Source: a bacterium (GTDB lineage Bacteria; Patescibacteriota; Dojkabacteria; SC72). Taken from it: a DNA stretch of 64,000 bases. Location of the stretch: positions 137,799 through 201,798 of the forward strand of contig JAJTYH010000002.1 in NCBI GenBank assembly GCA_021463465.1, in the 5' to 3' direction. Position 1 is the stretch's first letter. Each line of letters starts with the position of its first letter. Positions 1-9,412 of this stretch are shown in pieces. A program made the position numbers and the translations under genes. Below the pieces are notes generated by a model, which was not told where the DNA came from, ran no database searches, and saw only the letters and a list, made by a program, of their open reading frames with translations.

Positions 1-21
1 GGTACCCCGACAGGAACAGCT

Positions 22-3000
22 GTGGCAAACGGAATTGCAGGTAAAGCACGTAGTTTTAACGGAAGTAGTGACCTTATAGATGTTGGTGATGGAACAACCT
101 TGGATGCATCATCTACGATGACATTGTCAGTATGGATAAAACACACTGGAAGTTGGCCAACCAATGAAGGGATCATTGGTAAACGTATTGGTACGACTGA
201 ATATGCACAATACTCTCTGGGGGTTTCATCTGGCTCACTGTACTGGCTTCAATCATCAACCGGTACAACATGGCAAACACTTGTATCAACAACTTCCCTC
301 CCAAGCCCAGATCAATGGCATCACATAGTGGGTACCAATGATGGTACAGTGGCAAGACTGTATATCGATGGAGTAGAAGTAGGTAGCGCAGATGGTTCAC
401 CCGCCACATCACTTGCAGCCAGTACTGAAAGTTTAAAAATTGGTCAAACAAGGATAAGTGGTGCAAATGATTATTTTACGGGGCAAATCGACGAAGTTGC
501 TCTTTACAATATTGCAAAAAACTCTGAAGAGATCGCGGAAATGTTTAGACAAGGCAGAGACACTTTTATTAGAAAAAGCTTTTCATCAAACGATATAACT
601 GGAACTTTAATGATACCTTTTCAAATTGCAGGAGATAGACCAGGCACCTACATTCAAACCTCTTTATCGGAATCTCCATATATAAACAGCGAAGCGGATT
701 TAAATACAGTTGGGGAATGGGGATTAGATGAGATATCTGGCACAGGAGCATATATAAAAGACACCAGCGGAAATACAAACCACGGGACACCTAACAACAC
801 TATTTCTACGCAAGGAATTTACGGCAAAGCTAGAATTTTTAATGGATCAAATAGTTACGTTGGGATTCCAAATAACAGCGTTCTTTCTCCGACAAACAAT
901 ATAACCGTTGAAGCGTGGGTAAAAACTACTAGTACAGGTAGTAATCAAGTTATTTTAGGTAAGAGTACTGGATGTATTACATCTGGATATTTGCTATGGA
1001 TAAACCAGAATAATCTTACACCAGGTAGACCTAACTTTATTGTAGGAAATACAACCTGGCTTGACTCAAATGTAGCAGTTAACGATGGTAATTGGCACTA
1101 TGTAGTAGGTACATATGATGGTACGACTGCGAGAATTTATGTTGATGGCCAGCTGAGTAATAGTGGGGCTAGGAGTGCAACACTATCATCGACAACACAA
1201 CTCCAAATCGGAGGCTCAACAACTGGGGGAGGATGCTCAGGGGTATGGTTTAATGGCTCAATCGATGAAGTACGTGTAAGTAATGTAACTAGAAGTGCCG
1301 CCGAGATTAGGCAAGCCTATGAGGCCGTCCTAACCTCGCATCAAATTACAATTCAATTTGGTGCAAGACTCTCTACAGATGATTTAGTAACAAACAGCTC
1401 AGACTTGGGTTTTGAGATAGATGCTACATATTACGGACTCCCTCAACAAGCAACTTCTCTGTATAAAGGTGACAAGATTATTCTTCGCGAAAACTACAAC
1501 GGGATAGAATACTATGCACAAGGAACAGTCACTTCGGTAAATACATCAACAGGGTCCGTTACTGTAACCTCCTGGGACACAGGTTCCACATTTCCTTCGG
1601 GGGGATACAGTGGAAACGCGGATGTGTTCAAATGGCAAAGAGAGTACTGGACAGTTAAAAATGAAACTCTTTCGTCTGCTTGGGATTCACTTACAGGAGT
1701 TAGCTTCAGGTTAACTGATGGAAGTGAAGCAAGAACCGTTTGGATTGATGACTATCGAGTGAATAGTAACTACATGACAACACCTGGGGGTTCAACCATA
1801 ACTAGCAGTTTGGGATCTCGTTACTTCCAGTACCGTGCCATTCTCTCCAGCTGGGGAGATTATGTTTCTCCGACAGTAACTTCTGCGACACTCGATTACA
1901 CTACGAATACTTCTCCTGCTACCCCTTCACTGAACTCACCAAGTAACGCAGCAACGGGACAATTACTTCGTCCTGTACTAAGAACTACCGCCACTGATGC
2001 CGAATCTAACTACTTAAGATACAAGATTGAACTGTGTCGAGATTTCGCTATGTCGGCAGGTTGTGTGACTTATGACCAAACTTCAAGCCAAACTGGATGG
2101 AGCGGACAAAATACCCAAACCTCAACTGCTTATACCTCAGGAACTCAAGCTGTATATACACTCCAATCAGATTTACTTCCCTCGACAACCTATTACTGGA
2201 AAACATACGCAATAGACCCAGGAGGATCAAATCGATGGTCTTTGACTCAAAGCACTCCAAATCATTTCCTTACAAACTCTAAACCTCGTTCAACTGCTAG
2301 CCGAGCTCTTACAATCTATAGCTCGAGAAGAACATCTGAAGCTGTAAGTACAACAAATGGATGGGCTAATATTAGCGGTTCAGTTGATACAGGAACTACT
2401 GGTTCAAGTAACGGATGGGTAAGTTCAAGCAATCTAAACGGAGGGCGTAGATATCTGATTTACGCTACAGGGTCTCACAGTACTGATAATACTTCAGGTA
2501 AAAGTGGTCTGAGAGTCGTCCACGGCACAACAACTTTTGAAACATCAGAGTCAGTCGACGTGACAGATAATACAACCGCAGGATATAAAATCCCTTATTT
2601 CTGGTTTACTGTGTGGACAGCAGTCACGGGCGAAAGTCTAGAAGTTCAACAGTACTGGAATGGCACAGGAGCGCAGAGTAGGGTGGAAGATATAACTCTT
2701 ATGGTAATAGATGTAGATGATCTCATTACCAGTGGTGACTTCCAGTATGCCATTAACACTACCTATACAAGTCTAACGACTACTTTAAGTAACGTTCTAA
2801 CTCATACTTTCACTCCAGCTAACAATAACGACATCTGGTGGGTAGCAGGATACACACAAACCAGCGCTAACAACGGTGGAGCTGGGAGCAAAATCGAAAA
2901 CCAACTGACAGTGAATTCAACTACTTATTCAAATAATAATGTTACTATTAATGCAAACAGTCTATCTCCAATCTTACCTTTAGGTGGAACATTAGCTCTA

Positions 3001-4506
3001 CCTAATTCAGCTACTACCCTTGCTATAAGAGCCAAGGAATCTGGAAGCGATCAAGTCACACAAGCGAATGGTGTATTCGCGTTGCGCTTAAACTTATTTG
3101 AAAATTATTTGGCACATGAAAATACAACTGGTACGGTTATGACTTCCTCAGGTAGCTGGGTAAACCAGCAATCAGTCAAGGTCGTTAATTCATTTAACAA
3201 CTCTGAATGGGTAGTTGCAGCAGGTGCGAATGTGACAGATGCTGATGCACGAGTAATAGCACGAATCCAAAACGGTGGAGTCAGTATTACAGACGATATG
3301 GGTGGGTGGAATAACGGAAGCGGGGATCTAATGCCAATCTTTCTTACAGATTATATTTTAAACCTTTCAAACGGCATCAAAACTTACACATTTGATACTC
3401 AAACGACTCTTTCTGGAACAGCTCCAATCTCATACCCATGGTTAGTTGCTTTTAGCCGAGAGCTAGCTCCAAGTTATCCAGCAATGGATCTTCCTACCAA
3501 TAATAACCCCTCCGTAGCCTTAAGACCTCAATTAAGAACAACTGCAACTGACCAAGACAGTGATTATCTTAGATACAAAATCCAGATATGTACTAATGCG
3601 GCAATGACCTCCAGCTGCCAAACCTTTGACCAAACCTCGAGTCAAACTGGATGGACCGGACAAAATACCCAAGGTAATACTGCCTACACTTCTGGTACTC
3701 AAGCCATCTACACACTCACATCAGATCTTATAGCCGACACTACATATTACTGGAGAAGTTATGCTATTGACCCAGCAGGTACTAATTCATTCACTTCTGA
3801 AAACCCAACACCGTTTTCATTTACGGTAACTGCTGCACCTACTGCCCCTACAGATTTATGGACTGAAGGTTCTACAAACCCTACATCGGTTACAGATACA
3901 ACGCCAGAATTTTCAGCAATTCACAACGACCCTGAGAGTGATTCTTCTGCAAGCTATCAAATTCAAGTAAATACACACTCTGACTTTTCGGGAACTAGTA
4001 TGTGGGACTCTGGGAAACAGAGTATAACGGTTGCTAACGGTGCAAGATCATCTGATATTTCGTATGCGGGAAATGCTCTTGGCCTTACAGGTACAACCTA
4101 TTATTGGAGAATACGGTTTTGGGATACCAATGATTCAGTAGGCTCGTATTCATCAGTCGCACAATTCACCATGAGAGCCATGGAAGAAGCCAATGCATGT
4201 TATTTAGTAAAAACACCTAACAGCTCCTCGCTTACATTCCACTGGAGAGATAATACCTCTTTGGAAGACGGGTATAAGGTACAAAGAAATGTTGATGGAG
4301 GTGGATTTAGTGATTTAATAACTAAGGCAGCGAACTCTTCGTCGCATACTGACTCTACAATTACAATGAACCACACATATCAATACAGAGTAGCTCCAAC
4401 CAACGGTAGCGTTACAGGCACATACTGTACAAGTAGCATTGCAAGTCTCTTTCAAGGTAACTTACAAATAGGTGGAATCAGGATGGAAGGTATACAAATT
4501 TACTAA
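22..4506 (+). CDS. Large secreted/surface protein, 5'-truncated by the window edge; three concanavalin-A/LamG-like modules followed by fibronectin-III-like repeats; ends at TAA
   Basis: 1494-aa uninterrupted ORF. Recurrent LamG-like signature (GKARxFNGS...WxHxVGTxDGTTxRxYxDG). Two ~94-aa near-identical modules (LRPxLRTTATDxxSxYLRYKIxxC...TYYWxxYAIDP). Thr/Ser-rich extracellular composition. Confidence 0.55.
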   Translation: MANGIAGKARSFNGSSDLIDVGDGTTLDASSTMTLSVWIKHTGSWPTNEGIIGKRIGTTEYAQYSLGVSSGSLYWLQSSTGTTWQTLVSTTSLPSPDQWHHIVGTNDGTVARLYIDGVEVGSADGSPATSLAASTESLKIGQTRISGANDYFTGQIDEVALYNIAKNSEEIAEMFRQGRDTFIRKSFSSNDITGTLMIPFQIAGDRPGTYIQTSLSESPYINSEADLNTVGEWGLDEISGTGAYIKDTSGNTNHGTPNNTISTQGIYGKARIFNGSNSYVGIPNNSVLSPTNNITVEAWVKTTSTGSNQVILGKSTGCITSGYLLWINQNNLTPGRPNFIVGNTTWLDSNVAVNDGNWHYVVGTYDGTTARIYVDGQLSNSGARSATLSSTTQLQIGGSTTGGGCSGVWFNGSIDEVRVSNVTRSAAEIRQAYEAVLTSHQITIQFGARLSTDDLVTNSSDLGFEIDATYYGLPQQATSLYKGDKIILRENYNGIEYYAQGTVTSVNTSTGSVTVTSWDTGSTFPSGGYSGNADVFKWQREYWTVKNETLSSAWDSLTGVSFRLTDGSEARTVWIDDYRVNSNYMTTPGGSTITSSLGSRYFQYRAILSSWGDYVSPTVTSATLDYTTNTSPATPSLNSPSNAATGQLLRPVLRTTATDAESNYLRYKIELCRDFAMSAGCVTYDQTSSQTGWSGQNTQTSTAYTSGTQAVYTLQSDLLPSTTYYWKTYAIDPGGSNRWSLTQSTPNHFLTNSKPRSTASRALTIYSSRRTSEAVSTTNGWANISGSVDTGTTGSSNGWVSSSNLNGGRRYLIYATGSHSTDNTSGKSGLRVVHGTTTFETSESVDVTDNTTAGYKIPYFWFTVWTAVTGESLEVQQYWNGTGAQSRVEDITLMVIDVDDLITSGDFQYAINTTYTSLTTTLSNVLTHTFTPANNNDIWWVAGYTQTSANNGGAGSKIENQLTVNSTTYSNNNVTINANSLSPILPLGGTLALPNSATTLAIRAKESGSDQVTQANGVFALRLNLFENYLAHENTTGTVMTSSGSWVNQQSVKVVNSFNNSEWVVAAGANVTDADARVIARIQNGGVSITDDMGGWNNGSGDLMPIFLTDYILNLSNGIKTYTFDTQTTLSGTAPISYPWLVAFSRELAPSYPAMDLPTNNNPSVALRPQLRTTATDQDSDYLRYKIQICTNAAMTSSCQTFDQTSSQTGWTGQNTQGNTAYTSGTQAIYTLTSDLIADTTYYWRSYAIDPAGTNSFTSENPTPFSFTVTAAPTAPTDLWTEGSTNPTSVTDTTPEFSAIHNDPESDSSASYQIQVNTHSDFSGTSMWDSGKQSITVANGARSSDISYAGNALGLTGTTYYWRIRFWDTNDSVGSYSSVAQFTMRAMEEANACYLVKTPNSSSLTFHWRDNTSLEDGYKVQRNVDGGGFSDLITKAANSSSHTDSTITMNHTYQYRVAPTNGSVTGTYCTSSIASLFQGNLQIGGIRMEGIQIY
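1966..2247 (+). repeat. Internal protein-coding repeat copy 1 (~282 nt module) within the giant surface protein
   Basis: Copy encodes LRPVLRTTATDAESNYLRYKIELC...YYWKTYAIDPGGSNRWS, about 60% identical to copy 2 at the aa level. Confidence 0.5.
3521..3802 (+). repeat. Internal protein-coding repeat copy 2 within the giant surface protein
   Basis: Copy encodes LRPQLRTTATDQDSDYLRYKIQIC...YYWRSYAIDPAGTNSFTS. Confidence 0.5.
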
Positions 4507-4526
4507 CTCTTAGTAAAATCTTTGCT

Positions 4527-5255
4527 ATGAGCTTAAAATACGACTCATTTAAAAAACTTAGAAAAGAGAAGGCTAAACACAAGATTGACTCCTGGGAGGA
4601 ATATGACGACCTCGAAGCTGAAATTCTCAAAGAGAGAATGCAGGGGAAAGAGCCAACTATTAAAGCCCAGGTGAGAATAACAGGTGGGAAATTTAAGAAC
4701 TTCAATATTGAGATTCCTAAAAATACTCGCCCTCTTACAGATCGCATGAAAATAAGAATCTTTGATATCCTAGGTTCTGACATTGCTAACAAAACCATTC
4801 TGGATTTATTTGCTGGTTCAGGAAGTTTCGGATTAGATGCACTTTCAAGAGGTGCAAAATCATGTACTTTTATTGATGCTTCCAGACACTCAGAACGTAT
4901 CCTCAAAATGAACTTGGAAAAGATGGGACTGACAGAAACGGAAGTAATAAGAGGTAAGGTGGACGATTTTCTTTTCAAAAACCAACAAAACGACTCAGTC
5001 TTTGAGATAATTTTCATGGATCCTCCTTATAAACTTTACAACACCAAAAGAACTCAGAAGATGAATGAGACTATATCAATGGCTTCTAACCTACTTCCAG
5101 CTGTTAAAAAGTCAAAAGGCAGATTCAAAGGCGCATTGATAATAAAACATCCTCGGAGGTATCCTATTGATTCACTTGAGTTTGAACATATCAAAAAAGT
5201 TGAGACGTATGACTTTGGACTCAATGCCATTTCACTCTACATACTGAAGAAGTGA
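4527..5255 (+). CDS. rsmD: 16S rRNA (guanine966-N2)-methyltransferase RsmD family
   Basis: DPPY motif (IFMDPPYK) and LDLFAGSGSFGLDALSRGA SAM-binding motif. Stop is TGA. Confidence 0.75.
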   Translation: MSLKYDSFKKLRKEKAKHKIDSWEEYDDLEAEILKERMQGKEPTIKAQVRITGGKFKNFNIEIPKNTRPLTDRMKIRIFDILGSDIANKTILDLFAGSGSFGLDALSRGAKSCTFIDASRHSERILKMNLEKMGLTETEVIRGKVDDFLFKNQQNDSVFEIIFMDPPYKLYNTKRTQKMNETISMASNLLPAVKKSKGRFKGALIIKHPRRYPIDSLEFEHIKKVETYDFGLNAISLYILKK

Positions 5256-5350
5256 TTGCAAATATTAGGAAAAATATATAGAATACAAAAGAAATGTTTA
5301 GAATACTTGGTAGAAACAAAGAAATACTAGTTAAGGTTGTTTACCCCACA

Positions 5351-5373
5351 TCCCGCTAATGTCGGGAGTTTTT
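5351..5373 (+). terminator. Candidate intrinsic terminator hairpin (tcccg-ctaatgt-cggga + T5) between rsmD and thrS
   Basis: 5-bp GC stem followed by a TTTTT run, about 100 nt after the rsmD stop and 55 nt before the thrS ATG. Confidence 0.3.
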
Positions 5374-5426
5374 ACTTACCCCAAAATATACGCGCAAATT
5401 TCCTTTTAAATTGAACGTTCACATAT

Positions 5427-7178
5427 ATGCCAAAAGTTAAAAAAGATGTAGAAAATGTGCCAGAAATAGAGAAAATGCGTCATACCGCTTCTCACATATT
5501 GGCCCAGGCAGTACTTAAATATTTTCCAGATGCTAAGCTTGGGATCGGCCCAGCAATAGAAAACGGTTTCTATTACGATTTTGAATTTTCTGAGCCTATC
5601 AACGAGGAACACTTGGAACAGATTGAGAAAGAGATGAAGGATATTATCTCCCGTGATCTTGCAATGTCTCAGATTTTTATGAGTCGAAAAGAAGCCCTCA
5701 AGCTACTCCAATCAAAAGATCAAAATTATAAGATTGAGCTTTATAAAGATATCCCTGACAAGAAGTTGAGCTTCTATATCACCGGGAATGATGAATTTGT
5801 AGATTTATGTCGAGGTCCTCATGTTGTGTCGACAGGTAAAGTAGGATCTATAAAACTTCAAAGTATTGCCGGTGCGTATTGGAAAGGCGATGAAAAACAA
5901 CCGATGATTACCAGAATTTACGGCCTTTGCTTTCCAACCCAGGAAGAACTTGATTCGCATTTGAATATGTTGGCTGAAGCAGAGCGACGAGACCATCGAG
6001 TCCTAGGTCCACAGCTTAAACTTTTCATGTTCCATGAGACTGCTCCAGGTATGCCATATTGGTTGCCCAAGGGTGTCAAACTATTTAATGAATTGGTGAA
6101 TTTCTGGAGAACAGAACACGAGAAGCATAATTACCAGGAAATAGTATCTCCTTTGATTAATAAGTCACAATTATGGAAAACCTCAGGTCACTGGGACCAT
6201 TACCAAGAGAATATGTTCATTGCAGACATGGGTGAGAATGAAGTATACGGTGTAAAACCAATGAATTGTCCTAATGCAATGGTTGTATTCGGAAGCCAGC
6301 AGATTTCTTATAAAGACTTGCCTCTAAGACTTTCGGATACTGATAAATTGCACAGGTATGAACGCTCAGGTACCTTAAATGGACTTTTAAGGGTAAGATC
6401 TTTCCAACAGGATGACTCACACAATTTCATCTCTGAAGATATGGTTGAGAGCGAATATATGCATATTTTCGAACTCTGCGAGCGCTTTTACAGCATTTTT
6501 GACATGGATTATGAATTCCGTATGGGTACTCGACCTGAAAAATTTATGGGTGATATTGAATCCTGGGATAAAGCCGAAGCTGCACTTAAAAAAGTACTAG
6601 ATAAATCAGGACGTCCTTATAAAGTATTAGAAGGTGATGGCGCTTTCTATGGACCAAAAGTTGATATTCTCATGAAAGATGCCATCGGTCGTGAATGGCA
6701 AATGGGTACAATACAGCTTGACTATCAGATTCCTAAGAATTTTGATCTCAAATATACGGACAAAGACGGTAGCAAAAAGACCCCAGTTGTGGTTCACCGA
6801 GTGATTTATGGCTCACTTGAACGTTTCATTGGGATATTGATTGAGCACTTTGCAGGAGCTTTTCCGTTGTGGTTAGCACCTGTCCAATTAATTGTAATTC
6901 CTATTGCTGACAGACATACCGAATATGCTCAAAAGATTATGGCTGAATGTCAGGAAGCTAAAATCAGAGTCGCACTTGATAGTCGTTCGGAAACCCTTCA
7001 GTCCAAAATTCGCGACCATGAGCTACAAAAGAACCCTTATATCGTTATTGTTGGAGACAAAGAGATTGAAACCCAGACGGTATCAGTCAGATCTCGAAGC
7101 ACTAAAGAGGTAGGTCTTATGAAGCCAACCGAATTGGTGGAGAAGCTTCAGCGCGAAATTATTAGTAAAGGTAAATAA
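5427..7178 (+). CDS. thrS: Threonyl-tRNA synthetase; begins at the N2 editing domain and lacks the N-terminal TGS domain
   Basis: RHTASHILAQAV...IGPAIENGFYYDF matches the ThrRS editing-domain signature. Class II catalytic core and anticodon-binding domain follow. The in-frame upstream region has no start codon and a TAG 33 codons up. Confidence 0.9.
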   Translation: MPKVKKDVENVPEIEKMRHTASHILAQAVLKYFPDAKLGIGPAIENGFYYDFEFSEPINEEHLEQIEKEMKDIISRDLAMSQIFMSRKEALKLLQSKDQNYKIELYKDIPDKKLSFYITGNDEFVDLCRGPHVVSTGKVGSIKLQSIAGAYWKGDEKQPMITRIYGLCFPTQEELDSHLNMLAEAERRDHRVLGPQLKLFMFHETAPGMPYWLPKGVKLFNELVNFWRTEHEKHNYQEIVSPLINKSQLWKTSGHWDHYQENMFIADMGENEVYGVKPMNCPNAMVVFGSQQISYKDLPLRLSDTDKLHRYERSGTLNGLLRVRSFQQDDSHNFISEDMVESEYMHIFELCERFYSIFDMDYEFRMGTRPEKFMGDIESWDKAEAALKKVLDKSGRPYKVLEGDGAFYGPKVDILMKDAIGREWQMGTIQLDYQIPKNFDLKYTDKDGSKKTPVVVHRVIYGSLERFIGILIEHFAGAFPLWLAPVQLIVIPIADRHTEYAQKIMAECQEAKIRVALDSRSETLQSKIRDHELQKNPYIVIVGDKEIETQTVSVRSRSTKEVGLMKPTELVEKLQREIISKGK

Positions 7179-7200
7179 ATTAAACTATTTTTAATTATTA

Positions 7201-7785
7201 ATGGAGTTTAGAAAATTCAAACGCAGCGATAGCTCATTCAATCGTCCCAAAAGAGACTTTGGACCAAGACGTAATGAATTTATTAGGGTACCAAGCATCC
7301 AGGTAATTGACCAAGATGGGAACAACCTAGGTGAAATGAAAACCTACGAAGCACTGAAGCTAGCTCAAGAAGCTGGGCTTGACCTTGTAGAGGTTGCACC
7401 TAACTTAAACCCTCCAGTATGTAAAATCGTTGATTACGCTAAATTTACTTACGAACAGAAAAAGAAGGAAAGAGGGCACAAAGTTTCTCAAAAAAGTATG
7501 AAGGAATTTAAATTTTCACCAGTAATTGATGTTCATGACAAAGCTACTCGAATTCGTAGAGCAAAGGAATATCTGGATAAAGGTCATAACGTACGGCTCA
7601 TGATGGAACGAAGGGGGAGGCAAGCACCGGAGTTAGCCAAGAGTGTTTTTATTGAAATATTGACTAATTTCGCTGATTATACTACCATTGAGCCCGAACC
7701 TAAGTATGAAGGTAAGAGGATATTTCTAACGTACAAACCTAATGGCAAGACAAAAAACAAACAAAACAGCAGCAAAGCGAATTAG
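7201..7785 (+). CDS. infC: Translation initiation factor IF-3
   Basis: NEFIRVPSIQVIDQDGNNLGEM...LDLVEVAPNLNPPVCKIVDY is typical of IF-3. The C-terminal tail overlaps rpmI by 44 nt. Confidence 0.85.
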   Translation: MEFRKFKRSDSSFNRPKRDFGPRRNEFIRVPSIQVIDQDGNNLGEMKTYEALKLAQEAGLDLVEVAPNLNPPVCKIVDYAKFTYEQKKKERGHKVSQKSMKEFKFSPVIDVHDKATRIRRAKEYLDKGHNVRLMMERRGRQAPELAKSVFIEILTNFADYTTIEPEPKYEGKRIFLTYKPNGKTKNKQNSSKAN

Positions 7786-7957
7786 AGTTTCAAACCCAAG
7801 AGGTAATAGAAAACCTAAGATTTTGTATAGCAAAACAGCTCAACATCACCTAAAAACTAAAAGATCAAAGCGAGCCAAAAGACGCAAATCAAATATTGGT
7901 GTAGCATCATATACCAATGCTAAGAAATTACTTAAAGCAGTCAAAAATTTAGCGTAA
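7742..7957 (+). CDS. rpmI: 50S ribosomal protein L35
   Basis: MARQKTNKTAAKRIRV...KRAKRRK. Confidence 0.85.
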   Translation: MARQKTNKTAAKRIRVSNPRGNRKPKILYSKTAQHHLKTKRSKRAKRRKSNIGVASYTNAKKLLKAVKNLA

Positions 7958-7964
7958 CCAAATA

Positions 7965-8303
7965 ATGAGAACATCAACAGGTAACGTCAGACGAAGAAAA
8001 CACAAAAAAGTATTAGCCGCAACCAAAGGCTTTAGAATGACTAAAAACAGACTGTACCGTGTGGCTCATGAGGCCTTCATGCATGCTGGAGCATATTCAC
8101 TTGCTCACCGCAGACAGCGATTAGGACAGATGCGTAGCCTTTGGATTAAGCGTTTAAACGCAGCTGCATTGGCCAACGGTTTGAAGTATAACCAATTGAT
8201 TAGCGGAATGAGGAAAGCAAATGTATCTATTAACCGCAAGGTATTAGCTGAAATTGCCTACACGCACCCTGAAGTTTTCACAAAGATAGTAAAGTCATTT
8301 TAA
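7965..8303 (+). CDS. rplT: 50S ribosomal protein L20
   Basis: RRRKHKKVLAATKGFRMTKNRLYRVAHEAFMHAGAYSLAHRRQRLGQMRSLWIKRLNAAA. Confidence 0.9.
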   Translation: MRTSTGNVRRRKHKKVLAATKGFRMTKNRLYRVAHEAFMHAGAYSLAHRRQRLGQMRSLWIKRLNAAALANGLKYNQLISGMRKANVSINRKVLAEIAYTHPEVFTKIVKSF

Positions 8304-8356
8304 CTCTTTTAACCATTTCCTCTTTTGGTGTAAACTGTACATCATAAAGAAGTGGT

Positions 8357-9412
8357 TTGTTTGATATTTATACAAATATGGAGTACGAAATCGAATCAGT
8401 AAAACAATTGGCCAGACAGCTCGAAGATGACATTCCAACCCTCAAACTTGAAGACCTTCAGAGTAAGTACATGGGTAAGAATGGGCTTTTAAAGCAACTA
8501 CTAACTGATATAACCAATCAATCTGATGAGCAAAAAAGAACTTACGGCCGTGAAGCAAACCTTTTAAAGCACTATTTTACGGAACGTGTTTCGCAGCTTT
8601 CATCTCATATCACTATTGACAGTAGCACAGAAAAGATTGATCCTACGGCCCCATTTGATATAAATACACCCAAAGCTAATTGGCCTAAAGTCAAAGGAAT
8701 CGAAGGTACTATGCATCCACTTATGCAAGAGATGGAACATGTTCTTAAGATTTTTCAAAACATGGGTTTTGAAATTGTAGAGAGCAAACAACTTGATGAT
8801 GATTATCATATGTTTGAATCTCTTAATATCCCCAAAGGACACCCAGCCAGGGATATTTGGGATACTTTTTGGACAGATGATGATCTAATTCCTCCAGCAC
8901 ACACATCCACAATGCAAAATCGAGTTATGAAGGAACGAAAGCCTCCAATAAGGGTAATTGTACCTGGTAGATGTTATCGAAATGAAGCCACCGATGCTTC
9001 GCATGAGCATACTTTCTACCAGATAGAAGGGGTATATGTTGATAAAAACATTTCATTGGGTGACATGCTAGGAACAATCAAAACCTATCTCGAAGCATTC
9101 TTCGAAATGGATCTGGAAATCAAAGTTCAACCAGCATATTTTCCTTTTGTTGAACCAGGCTGTGAATTCATGATCAGCTGTCCATTCTGTAAAAAGACTG
9201 GGTGCTCGGTTTGTGGTTATGATGGTTGGATGGAGATTATGGGTTGCGGAATGATACATCCTAATGTGTTAAAAGAAGCGGGAATTGACCCAGAAGAGTA
9301 CACAGGTTTTGCATGGGGTTTTGGTCTTGATAGACTCGTGATGATTAAACATTCTATTGCTGATATTCGCAGACTACATAGCGGAGATCTTAATTTCTTA
9401 AAACAGTTTTAA
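8357..9412 (+). CDS. pheS: Phenylalanyl-tRNA synthetase alpha subunit
   Basis: FPFVEPGCEF...GCGMIHPNVL...GFAWGFGLDRLVMIKHSIADIRRL. The TAATG junction overlaps the pheT start. Confidence 0.9.
   Translation: MFDIYTNMEYEIESVKQLARQLEDDIPTLKLEDLQSKYMGKNGLLKQLLTDITNQSDEQKRTYGREANLLKHYFTERVSQLSSHITIDSSTEKIDPTAPFDINTPKANWPKVKGIEGTMHPLMQEMEHVLKIFQNMGFEIVESKQLDDDYHMFESLNIPKGHPARDIWDTFWTDDDLIPPAHTSTMQNRVMKERKPPIRVIVPGRCYRNEATDASHEHTFYQIEGVYVDKNISLGDMLGTIKTYLEAFFEMDLEIKVQPAYFPFVEPGCEFMISCPFCKKTGCSVCGYDGWMEIMGCGMIHPNVLKEAGIDPEEYTGFAWGFGLDRLVMIKHSIADIRRLHSGDLNFLKQF

Noticed and set aside
5294-5359. Leader peptide upstream of thrS (MFRILGRNKEILVKVVYPTSR)
   Set aside because: Only one Thr codon, so it is not a Thr-attenuation leader. 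The hairpin is more simply the rsmD terminator.
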